Source: a virus. Taken from it: a DNA stretch of 49,024 nucleotides. The notes below the pieces were generated by a model, which saw only the letters and a list, made by a program, of their open reading frames with translations, had not been told where the DNA came from and did not search any database. Where the stretch lies: UHGV virus genome UHGV-0384005; one strand, 5' to 3'. The translations under genes and the position numbers were made by a program. How positions within the stretch are numbered: the first letter of the stretch is position 1; every line of letters starts with the position of its first letter. This document shows, in pieces, positions 18,374 through 26,079 of the stretch.

Positions 18374-18557
18374 GCAAGGCCCAATGTCTTTTAAAGACGC
18401 TGAAGATATTTCCAGAACTTACAGAAAGAAAGGCCACAAAGTTGTTATCGCTGATTCTTTCGATAAAAAAGGTGAATACTTTGTTTATGTTCATCTACCT
18501 GAGTCAAGAAAAGAGCCTGTTCCATCACGGACATTTCAACAAAAAATTTGGGAGTAA
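18351..18557 (+). CDS. Hypothetical protein (about 68 aa)
   Basis: ORF in the early operon. Confidence 0.4.
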   Translation: MIMKTPFKQGPMSFKDAEDISRTYRKKGHKVVIADSFDKKGEYFVYVHLPESRKEPVPSRTFQQKIWE

Positions 18558-19174
18558 TCATGTTTAATACGCAAAAGAAGATTTTAAGCATAATTATGGA
18601 AAAGTGGATTAATGGCAGTTATGTCATTATCGACACTGAAACCACGGGGCTAAAAGTTGATGACGAAATCATTGAAATAGCAATTATTAATATGCGTGGT
18701 GATGTATTACTTAACACGCTTGTTAAACCAGTTAATCCCATTCCTCCTGAAGCGACAAAAATTAACAATATCACCAATGAAATGGTCGCCAGCGCGCCTG
18801 TATGGCGTGATGTGTTTCCTTTGGTGAAAGATATCATTTCAAACTATAAGTGGCTGGCCTGGAATTCTCGCTTCGATGCCCGAATGATGGTCCAGACCTG
18901 TGAAAAAGCCGGTGTTTTTGCAGGTATGACGCCCTTATCCATTACCTCAATAGCTACGGCTATCCATACCAGCCACATCGACGCAAAAGCGACTTATGAC
19001 CAGTGGTACGGTGAATTTGACAGCAAGCGGAATAACTTCAAACGGCAAAGCCTGGCCACCGCTGCAGAACGTCACAATGTGTCAGTTAAAGGCGCACACA
19101 GGGCGCTGGCCGACTGCCTGATGGTTCTTGGTGTTTTGAATACTGTATGCCAGCCCCAGGATAAGGGGGAATGA
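18548..19174 (+). CDS. DEDDh 3'-5' exonuclease (DnaQ/epsilon-like)
   Basis: Exo I motif IIDTETTGL, plus downstream H/D motifs (HRALADCL). Confidence 0.8.
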   Translation: MGVIMFNTQKKILSIIMEKWINGSYVIIDTETTGLKVDDEIIEIAIINMRGDVLLNTLVKPVNPIPPEATKINNITNEMVASAPVWRDVFPLVKDIISNYKWLAWNSRFDARMMVQTCEKAGVFAGMTPLSITSIATAIHTSHIDAKATYDQWYGEFDSKRNNFKRQSLATAAERHNVSVKGAHRALADCLMVLGVLNTVCQPQDKGE

Positions 19175-19423
19175 ATGGGAACAAAAACCATTTGGGATGG
19201 GAAAGACCTTCCTCCCATCGGCTGTCAGGTACTAATCAACCTGTCTTCTGTTGGCATGCGGCCATATGAAGTTACTGGTTATGAGGTAAGGCGATCAGTA
19301 AACGAAGTGCAATACCCAGCCTGGCTTTATGTGGTGAACATCAAAGTTAAATCGTCCGATGGAAAGTCAACAAATGAGCGCTTTCTTAATGAAGTTTTCC
19401 CTCTGGACTGGCGCGAGAATTGA
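19175..19423 (+). CDS. Hypothetical protein
   Basis: Tightly packed early-operon ORF. Confidence 0.5.
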   Translation: MGTKTIWDGKDLPPIGCQVLINLSSVGMRPYEVTGYEVRRSVNEVQYPAWLYVVNIKVKSSDGKSTNERFLNEVFPLDWREN

Positions 19424-19659
19424 CCATCATGAGACTGAAAATGAATACGCCAGATGATTCGGTGATAGTCGAAACCAACCTGGTGACGCAGTTCTATCCA
19501 GACCACGAAAGCGGCGGCGAGTTGACGACCATCGAGACAGTTTCGGCTACTGGAGAAACTTTCTCTGTGAAGGTCAAGCATTCGTTTTATCAAGTGGCGC
19601 ATGCGCTGGCTACAGCCTGGAGCGTCGATGAAAAGAAAGCTGAAGGAGCTGCATCATGA
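19420..19659 (+). CDS. Hypothetical protein
   Basis: Overlapping start and stop with its neighbours. Confidence 0.5.
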   Translation: MTIMRLKMNTPDDSVIVETNLVTQFYPDHESGGELTTIETVSATGETFSVKVKHSFYQVAHALATAWSVDEKKAEGAAS

Positions 19660-19955
19660 GCAAAGATGAGAGAAAAGACCTTCACCTTTGGTTTGGGTTG
19701 TCATACGCAGCATTTCTCGTGATGCCGCGCATTGCAATGATGCAAATGCCGGAAGATTGGCAGGAGAAAATGGCCGAGTTGCTCAATCAGTATGATGAAA
19801 CCATTGATACAGCAGCATTTGGCGTAAAAGGCTGCAGAGTTAATGCGTTAACTGGTGACGGAAAGTTAATGAAAATGCCGGAAGAATTATTGAATTACCG
19901 CCACCCACAGCCAGAAACGATAGCGGCGCTTTTACTGCCAAAAGGTGAGGATTAA
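19656..19955 (+). CDS. Hypothetical protein
   Basis: Overlapping start and stop with its neighbours. Confidence 0.5.
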   Translation: MSKDERKDLHLWFGLSYAAFLVMPRIAMMQMPEDWQEKMAELLNQYDETIDTAAFGVKGCRVNALTGDGKLMKMPEELLNYRHPQPETIAALLLPKGED

Positions 19956-19958
19956 CCA

Positions 19959-20210
19959 ATGACAACTAACCACCCTGCACACGGTCCTGTATCACTTGAT
20001 CGCCTGCACCAGATACGCGAAATACTCAGCAAAGCAGCAGCACAAAGTGACGGCGGTAATCTCGGCTACGCAATGGCTGATGCTGTAAAGGTGATTGATG
20101 AAGTGCTGGAACTTCGCACAGCCAGAAACAACCAGTGCTGTCACGGTGCTCTCGATAATGAGGATGGTGTCATTACCTGTCGGTCATGCGGTAAGGAATG
20201 GAATATATGA
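19959..20210 (+). CDS. Hypothetical protein with a C-x2-C...C-x2-C motif
   Basis: ORF; possible zinc ribbon (CCHGALDNEDGVITCRSCG). Confidence 0.5.
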   Translation: MTTNHPAHGPVSLDRLHQIREILSKAAAQSDGGNLGYAMADAVKVIDEVLELRTARNNQCCHGALDNEDGVITCRSCGKEWNI

Positions 20211-20452
20211 ACAATAACAAACTAACAAGCCGGGAAATACGCGCGAAGCGCAAAGGTGGTTCTATCGTGCATGTGCTGGAGCTTACGGAATATGGCTACG
20301 CGCCATCGTCTGGTGCTCTTTGTGGTGATAAGCCTCGCCAAGACCGCTATAGCAGCATGAACCGTGCTGGCTGGTATCGGATGAAAGAGCATGTCGAAAT
20401 TAATTGCCCTAAGTGCCTCAAAATTTTGAGCGGGCGGGAGCAGGCCAAATGA
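20198..20452 (+). CDS. Hypothetical protein (MNNNKLT... start motif, C-terminal CPKC)
   Basis: ATGA-coupled to the upstream gene. Confidence 0.5.
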   Translation: MEYMNNNKLTSREIRAKRKGGSIVHVLELTEYGYAPSSGALCGDKPRQDRYSSMNRAGWYRMKEHVEINCPKCLKILSGREQAK

Positions 20453-20766
20453 CCAATAAACTAACAGAAGGACAATTGCTTTTTCGTCTTCAGGATTTTT
20501 ATGGTGCAGAAAAGGATGCTTTAGCAATTGGAGACTATGAGTTCGCACAGGAATGCTCAGATATTGTGAGTGTTATCCGCGAGCTGCAGGAGCGCCGTAA
20601 ATTCGATCAGGCAAAACTAATCAATAAATTCTATGAACGGTATCCCTTAGATACGTTCAAGAGCGATAGCGAACGCGCGGAGGCGTTGGGCTATTACATG
20701 GCTGGCGCTGAATTGCAGCGTTGCGGGGAATTTATCGTTTATGAGGATGCCGACTGTGATGAATAA
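20449..20766 (+). CDS. Hypothetical protein (MTNKLT... start motif)
   Basis: ATGA-coupled; internal start of ORF 20413..20766. Confidence 0.5.
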   Translation: MTNKLTEGQLLFRLQDFYGAEKDALAIGDYEFAQECSDIVSVIRELQERRKFDQAKLINKFYERYPLDTFKSDSERAEALGYYMAGAELQRCGEFIVYEDADCDE

Positions 20767-21397
20767 CAAACTAACAGACGAGCGCGTGAATCACTATGCG
20801 GAGCATGGATTTATCTGCGGGTATAACCGTCGAGATATTCAAATGATGGCAGTTGAGCTACAGCAACGTCGCCAAGCCGATAAAAATTACTTTATGTATG
20901 GCATTGCCGACCCCGATGGTAAGCCATACCTGGATGAGTTTTGCGTATCAAGCGACCTGGGATTAATGGAAGATGAAGTGTCGGCGCTGAATGATACCTT
21001 TGAAACTGACGGTTATCGCGTCGTGGCGCTGTATACCGTATTACCACTAACTGATAACGAACGCGAAGAACTGCAGAAGTGTCGCCAGTTTGATTTGCGT
21101 GAAAAAGTTCGCGCCGATCATGCTGCGTGGGCGGATAAAACTTTCGGCAGCATAGGTCCTGTTGGGCCACTAAAACACCTCTCTAAAGAAGCGCTGGAAG
21201 CCGCAGCTGCTCCCGGCGACTTTAGCGAATGGGCTGATATGCAATTCCTGTTATGGGATGCGCAACGTCGTGCCGGTATCAGTGATGAGCAGATCACCCA
21301 AGCAATGATTGAAAAGCTGGTTGTGAACAAGGCTCGCAGGTGGCCGGAACCGAAAGATGGTGAGCCGCGTCTGCATATCAAAGAGGTGGCAAAATGA
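20762..21397 (+). CDS. DUF550 / MazG-like nucleotide pyrophosphohydrolase domain protein (MNNKLT... start motif)
   Basis: C-terminal half (GPLKHLSKEALEAA..EWADMQFLLWDAQRRAGISDEQITQAMIEKLVVNKARRWPEP) resembles the dATP/dGTP pyrophosphohydrolase DUF550 family. Confidence 0.5.
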   Translation, partial: NNKLTDERVNHYAEHGFICGYNRRDIQMMAVELQQRRQADKNYFMYGIADPDGKPYLDEFCVSSDLGLMEDEVSALNDTFETDGYRVVALYTVLPLTDNEREELQKCRQFDLREKVRADHAAWADKTFGSIGPVGPLKHLSKEALEAAAAPGDFSEWADMQFLLWDAQRRAGISDEQITQAMIEKLVVNKARRWPEPKDGEPRLHIKEVAK

Positions 21398-22437
21398 CCA
21401 CTATTACCAGAGAACGGGCTCAGAAAATTATTGATGCTGCCGACGAGGTTATCACTGCACTGGCTGGCACAAATGAGGATGTTCACCCTGAAAGCGACAA
21501 CATGCTCCGCCTGTGGGATGACCTGAATGACCGTTACGCCCCGCCTGAAGTTGTGCGTGAGCTGGCGCGTATCGCGCTGGCATCACTGGAGGCTGCATCC
21601 CGATCAACAACTTCATACCCTGAAAAGCTGCCATGCCCTGTGTTTCTGGAGCCTGGGTTACGGTTTAGTAAAGGGGTTAAAACGTCACTAATGCTGGATG
21701 CTCTACAGCGCCGCGCAGAATACCACGCCGAGCTTGACGCGATGACGCCGGAACAGCGAGCAGAGCATGATGCTGGAATTGCTGAATTTAAAGCGATGCT
21801 TGGACAGCCGGTCATAACGGATAACGTTGGTTTGATAACGGATAAGCAGCCAGCGCCGGTGATGGTTGCTGAATGTGAGATTTGCGGTAAAGGCTGTACC
21901 AATGCCAATCATCCTATGAAAGCGGTTGCGGTTGAGCCTCCGCTGAATGTCTCAGAGAGAGCAGAGCTCGAGGCTTTTCGTCGTGCGGCTTGCAATCATG
22001 GTTTTCCCCCAGGAGCACATACACAGGGAGTTGTAGGGTGTGAAAAATGTTGTGGTCGTAGAGTCATGATTTGGGAGTTAGGAGGATGTCACACCCATCA
22101 AATACCGGGTTTGAAGCAAGAAGAAATCACACCAGGTATGGCGCTGCATCTTGGGATTGGCAGCGACGGCACCAACGGTAAAGCACTTGCCAGAGGAGAT
22201 ACTTTTGCCAACGAGCTTGTAACTCAGGATGGTTCGGAGGATTCAAAACGTCTTGATTGGTTAGATGCCCAGAATAAAAGGCTTAATGAGTATTACGGAA
22301 CATCATACGGCTGGAAATTTGACGCAAATTTCCAGAGGAACGCCATGATGCTCAATGATAGCAACTATCCAGTACTGACTGTTCGCCAGGCCATTGATGA
22401 GGCTATCGCAGCAGCAACTAAAAAGGAGGGAGCCTGA
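21394..22437 (+). CDS. Hypothetical Cys-rich protein (347 aa; CEICGKGC, CEKCCGRR)
   Basis: ORF; overlapping start and stop. Confidence 0.5.
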   Translation: MTTITRERAQKIIDAADEVITALAGTNEDVHPESDNMLRLWDDLNDRYAPPEVVRELARIALASLEAASRSTTSYPEKLPCPVFLEPGLRFSKGVKTSLMLDALQRRAEYHAELDAMTPEQRAEHDAGIAEFKAMLGQPVITDNVGLITDKQPAPVMVAECEICGKGCTNANHPMKAVAVEPPLNVSERAELEAFRRAACNHGFPPGAHTQGVVGCEKCCGRRVMIWELGGCHTHQIPGLKQEEITPGMALHLGIGSDGTNGKALARGDTFANELVTQDGSEDSKRLDWLDAQNKRLNEYYGTSYGWKFDANFQRNAMMLNDSNYPVLTVRQAIDEAIAAATKKEGA

Positions 22438-22763
22438 TGGCCATGACCCCAGCAGAACGGCAGAAGTTGCGCCGTGAGAGACTAAAGAAATCTGGTACCA
22501 GCCGCCGCGACTGGATCCTTGAACCAGAAGAACTTCGAATGTTAGCTGAAATTTGTGTACAGCGCCGTCCGGGCAGAACCCCATATTCCGAAAATGAGGT
22601 TATTGGGTTACTGATTAGGAAAAACTACAAAGAACTTCAGAAAACCCTGTCCGGATCCTGCCAGCGATGCGGTCAGAAGTTTCCAATATCTGAATGTATT
22701 TGTGACGGTGATGGTTCATGTGCGTTAACGACAATCCGTCTGAAACTCGCCATCAAAGCGTGA
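22437..22763 (+). CDS. Hypothetical protein (108 aa, basic N-terminus, Cys cluster)
   Basis: ORF. Confidence 0.5.
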   Translation: MAMTPAERQKLRRERLKKSGTSRRDWILEPEELRMLAEICVQRRPGRTPYSENEVIGLLIRKNYKELQKTLSGSCQRCGQKFPISECICDGDGSCALTTIRLKLAIKA

Positions 22764-22772
22764 CTGGTCACG
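22759..22772. repeat. Palindrome CGTGACTGGTCACG (family GTGAC-NN-GTCAC), overlapping the RBS region of gene 22784
   Basis: Identical to 15644-15657. Confidence 0.35.
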
Positions 22773-22783
22773 GAGGGTAAAAA

Positions 22784-23005
22784 ATGGATAAGGTGACATT
22801 ACTTTTAGACAAGCTACAGCAACGAACTAAAAGCAGTCTGGCCAGTGGCGGTGATGGTTTTGTTTTTGCGTCAATGCTGGCATTTGATGTAGGTCTGAAT
22901 ACGAGGACGATACGCGGGATACTGGATGCCGAAGTATCCCGTGGTGCTCTTGAAAAGAAAGAGCGAGGTACAGGCCGCGCGCATAAATATCGTACAATTC
23001 AGTGA
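22784..23005 (+). CDS. Hypothetical small protein, possibly winged-helix
   Basis: ORF; last gene of the early + strand string. Confidence 0.45.
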   Translation: MDKVTLLLDKLQQRTKSSLASGGDGFVFASMLAFDVGLNTRTIRGILDAEVSRGALEKKERGTGRAHKYRTIQ

Positions 23006-23054
23006 GTTGAATCAAAATTTTTTGTAAATTCAGCTATATCGTTTGCGAATGCAA

Positions 23055-23070
23055 CTGTATTTTTATACAG
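23055..23070. promoter_or_regulatory. LexA (SOS) box aaCTGTATTTTTATACAGta, overlapping the promoter region of gene 23094
   Basis: Matches TACTGT-(AT)4-ACAGTA at nearly every position. Confidence 0.6.
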
Positions 23071-23093
23071 TATAAACAATGTTGGTAAGGATA

Positions 23094-23324
23094 ATGGTAG
23101 ACAATTCGATGGCAGAAATGGTCGTATCAGGTTGTGAAAAATTGGATGCCCAACTAAGCGATCTCGACGCTGTTCTTGATATGGTTAGTATCGCGATAGC
23201 ATCGCCAGAGGTCAGCCTGCATCTTAGGGAAGTTAACCGTATGCTCCACATGTCCCGCAGGATGGTGAATACGTGTCGGGATTTGAATGCAGCTGAAGGA
23301 AGAGCCACCCAACCAATTAAATAA
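23094..23324 (+). CDS. Small protein (76 aa) behind a LexA box. Candidate SOS-inducible antirepressor or induction factor.
   Basis: AAGGAT RBS. A terminator follows. The 2007 report that the N15 antirepressor belongs to the SOS regulon (and Tum/GfoA-type small antirepressors) supports the inference. Confidence 0.45.
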   Translation: MVDNSMAEMVVSGCEKLDAQLSDLDAVLDMVSIAIASPEVSLHLREVNRMLHMSRRMVNTCRDLNAAEGRATQPIK

Positions 23325-23327
23325 AAG

Positions 23328-23356
23328 AAAAAGGTGAGAATGTTCTCACCTTTTTT
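23328..23356. terminator. Bidirectional terminator AAAAAGGTGAGAA-tg-TTCTCACCTTTTTT between gene 23094 and hicB
   Basis: Read directly from the sequence. Confidence 0.6.
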
Positions 23357-23369
23357 CATTCCGGTCCTG

Positions 23370-23804
23370 TCACTGCCGTGCAGCGGCAACAGATACGCCG
23401 ATATTTTTGTTTAGCTGATGCAAGGCCAGCTCAATAGTTTCGGCCTTTGAAGAGTGCTCGACGTCCAGCAGGCGATCAATCTGAGTCCCACTTTTCCCCA
23501 ACTTGCGGGCCAGCTCGGCTTTGCGCGTTCCCGTTTCAATCATGGCGTTGTGCAGTGCCGCTTTCATTGCGGGGAGAACGGGAAGATAAACAACGTACTC
23601 CCCTTCTTGCGGTTCGCTACCCTGTGGAACGGGGCGTCGTTCTTCAATCTCAATAGCAACCGCAGCCACTAAGCCATAACTTGCCTCAAGCAGCGCCTCT
23701 TCTACGGAATAGCCTACAGAGTTCATCAGGGGTAAATCTCTGCAGGAGACTATATACGCACCGGTATCAGTGTCGTATTCCAATTTTACCGGGTAGTTGA
23801 ACAT
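23370..23804 (-). CDS. hicB: HicB-family antitoxin (RNase H-like fold plus C-terminal HTH)
   Basis: 144 aa, downstream of and co-directional with hicA. Domain assignment is by recollection of HicB family layout. Confidence 0.75.
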   Translation of the reverse strand: MFNYPVKLEYDTDTGAYIVSCRDLPLMNSVGYSVEEALLEASYGLVAAVAIEIEERRPVPQGSEPQEGEYVVYLPVLPAMKAALHNAMIETGTRKAELARKLGKSGTQIDRLLDVEHSSKAETIELALHQLNKNIGVSVAAARQ

Positions 23805-23846
23805 ACAGATCCCCTCACGCGTGTTGTTGCTGAAAAAGGCTGGGGC

Positions 23847-24029
23847 TTAAAGCCCCAGGTCCTTCATTATTTTTTTCCTTAGTGGTTCTGGCATTTCTTT
23901 AGAACCGTGGTCCGGAAAAATTGACCTCATACCGTTCAAACTGACTTTTTGGTGGCTTCCGCCTCCTGGTGCCTTTTTGAACTCGGCCCCCTGCTGAACT
24001 AGCCAGCGTCTGAACTCCGAATATTTCAC
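23847..24029 (-). CDS. hicA: HicA-family mRNA interferase toxin
   Basis: GSHQK motif and PEPLRKKIMKDLGL C-terminus. The start was moved to an internal GTG with an AAGGAAG RBS; the long AT-rich N-terminal extension of ORF 23847..24119 is unlikely to be coding. I could not fully reconcile the displayed sequence with the ORF track near 23940, so the boundary is approximate. Confidence 0.7.
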   Translation of the reverse strand: MKYSEFRRWLVQQGAEFKKAPGGGSHQKVSLNGMRSIFPDHGSKEMPEPLRKKIMKDLGL

Positions 24030-24202
24030 AAGCTTCCTTATGTAACTTCTTCTTCGTGGGCAAAATAATAATAACATACAAGATGAAAAACACAACAAAT
24101 AAATATAAAAATACATCATAAATGTGTATAAAAAGACTGGATGTGTTTAGCGATGAGAGTTACAGTTCGTGTCATTGAAGCAAAGCAATAACCGATAACC
24201 AG

Positions 24203-24442
24203 ATGAATTTAGAGGGAATTATGAATTATCAAGGCAACGAAAAAATGCGACAGGACGCGGCAGAAATTTCTAACGAACTGTATGAACTCTGGCAGAAAGT
24301 AAAACGGTTTGAACGTGAATACAGTTTTAACAGCGACAACCTGACCGACCGCCTGGCAGGTCGCCTGGTTGGAACAATGGAACCGAAATTAGCCGACCTA
24401 AACAGCTTTATGGCCAATGTTGATTACCAGTTTGAAGATTAA
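24203..24442 (+). CDS. Hypothetical protein
   Basis: ORF. Confidence 0.5.
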   Translation: MNLEGIMNYQGNEKMRQDAAEISNELYELWQKVKRFEREYSFNSDNLTDRLAGRLVGTMEPKLADLNSFMANVDYQFED

Positions 24443-24453
24443 GGAGAGGCACC

Positions 24454-24681
24454 ATGAACGTTAAAAAAATTCGCGAAACAATGACTGAGGCGGCTTTAAG
24501 TGTTGAGGGGGTTATGCGGGGCCACCCTCGCATTTCCCTGCCAGAGTTAAGCGAAGCCTGCGGTATCAGCGCCTCTTCTGTAGAGTTGATTGTAGAGCAA
24601 ATGGTTATTTTTGGAGTTGCGCAGCGCGGCGCTTTCGGGCGTTATTCCCTGACCACAGAATATAAAAACGGGCAATTTTGA
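24454..24681 (+). CDS. Hypothetical protein, possibly winged-helix
   Basis: ORF. Confidence 0.5.
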   Translation: MNVKKIRETMTEAALSVEGVMRGHPRISLPELSEACGISASSVELIVEQMVIFGVAQRGAFGRYSLTTEYKNGQF

Positions 24682-24686
24682 AAATC

Positions 24687-24704
24687 GTGCGACCACGGTC
24701 GCAC
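24687..24704. repeat. SopB-box-like palindrome GTGCGACCACGGTCGCAC (perfect; arms extend to 10 bp, TCGTGCGACC..GGTCGCACGA)
   Basis: Family of 5. Sits about 20 bp upstream of the candidate late promoter. Confidence 0.6.
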
Positions 24705-24723
24705 GAACTAAAAACGAAAAAGG

Positions 24724-24752
24724 TTGGCAAAATAGCCTTTTTTAGGTATCGT
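24724..24752 (+). promoter_or_regulatory. Candidate late promoter TTGGCA-17-TATCGT, preceding a short terminated leader
   Basis: Pattern match only. Position is analogous to lambda PR'. Confidence 0.3.
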
Positions 24753-24787
24753 TTTTCTAAGTTGGGATTTTTACGCCTGACTACTAA

Positions 24788-24810
24788 TAACCGCCGCCAG
24801 GCGGTTTTTT
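24788..24810 (+). terminator. Intrinsic terminator AACCGCC-gccag-GCGGTTTTTTT (tR'-like position)
   Basis: Read directly from the sequence. Confidence 0.6.
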
Positions 24811-24946
24811 TGTGCCTGAAAAGTGGGCGCGGGATAAGTTGCAGCTCATCCCGCAGTAAACCCATAACCTAGCTATAGGCTAAACCCTAAGCCCACCCGC
24901 GATGCGCATCGCTGGGTTAGCTTACCCAGGCAAAACCATAATAGCC

Positions 24947-26017
24947 ATGTTAAAAACCATTAATATCAAGGAAGCGCAGCTCGTTTGCGCAGATTCTCTG
25001 CAATTTATTAAAACCATCCCGGACAGTTCAGTGAACCTGATCGCAACTGACCCACCCTATTTCGGCGTAAAGGCGAATTCATGGGATAACCAATGGGAAA
25101 GCGATGCTGATTTCCTGGGCTGGCTTGATGAGTTTCTGGCAGAGTTCTGGCGAATATTGGCCCCTAATGGAAGCCTCTACATGTTCACTGGCTCACGGCT
25201 TGCGTCCAATATCGAAATTCTTACTCGTAACCGTTTTAATGTGTTGAACCATATCACTTGGGCAAAGCCTAGCGGTGTCTGGAAGCGATGCCACAAAGAA
25301 GATCTACGCAGTTATTTTCCTGCAACTGAGCGCATCATATTTGCCGAGCATTATGGCGCATCTGGTTATGCGAAAGGCCAGTCGGGATATGCGAGTAAGT
25401 GTGCAGACCTGCAGAGAGATATTTTCTCACCGCTTATTGAATTGTTTGCATCAGCGCGTCGTCAGTTGGGCATCTCGGCAGCTGATATCAATGCAGCAAC
25501 GGGAAAACAAATGTGTTCACACTGGTTTTCTTCGTCGCAGTGGCGACTACCGGCGCTGGCTGATTTCAACAAGCTGCAGACGTTGTTTCAGTGCCGCGCA
25601 GATTCGCTGGGTGTCCCTTGCCCTCCTCCGTTTGATGTTGGGTATGGTGAACACCAGCAACATTACGCAGACCTGAAGCAGCGCTATGAGGCTGTCAAAC
25701 TTCAGTATGGCGACCTTAAAGCACAATACGAAAACCTGCGGCGTCCGTTCTCTGTAACCGCTGATGTTCCCTATACCGATGTTTGGGAGTTTCCTCCGGT
25801 ACAGTATTACCCTGGAAAGCATCCATGTGAGAAACCGGCAGCGTTGATGGAGCACATCATCGAAAGCAGTTCTCGCCCTGGCGATGTTGTTGCTGATTTC
25901 TTTATGGGATCCGGCTCAACAGTAAAAGCTGCGCTAAAGCTGGGCAGGAAAGCTATCGGCGTTGAACTTGAAGAGGAGCGATTCCTTCAGACGGTTAACG
26001 AGATAGAAAAACTTTAA
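24947..26017 (+). CDS. Beta-class DNA N6-adenine (or N4-cytosine) methyltransferase
   Basis: DPPY motif IV near the N-terminus (IATDPPYFG) and an FxGxG motif I near the C-terminus (FFMGSGST). Start moved to the internal ATG. Confidence 0.8.
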   Translation: MLKTINIKEAQLVCADSLQFIKTIPDSSVNLIATDPPYFGVKANSWDNQWESDADFLGWLDEFLAEFWRILAPNGSLYMFTGSRLASNIEILTRNRFNVLNHITWAKPSGVWKRCHKEDLRSYFPATERIIFAEHYGASGYAKGQSGYASKCADLQRDIFSPLIELFASARRQLGISAADINAATGKQMCSHWFSSSQWRLPALADFNKLQTLFQCRADSLGVPCPPPFDVGYGEHQQHYADLKQRYEAVKLQYGDLKAQYENLRRPFSVTADVPYTDVWEFPPVQYYPGKHPCEKPAALMEHIIESSSRPGDVVADFFMGSGSTVKAALKLGRKAIGVELEEERFLQTVNEIEKL

Positions 26018-26079
26018 CCAACCAACAGCCTCGCTTAGTGCGGGGCTTTTTATTGCCCGCCGCGCGGGATGGCGGAGCT

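Noticed and set aside
24030-24119. AT-rich N-terminal extension of the hicA ORF (MMYFYIYLLCFSSCMLLLFC...)
   Set aside because: Extreme AT-rich, low-complexity translation upstream of an internal GTG with a strong RBS. Most likely promoter DNA rather than coding. I also found a 1-nt inconsistency between my hand translation and the ORF track near 23940, so I rely on the track frame.
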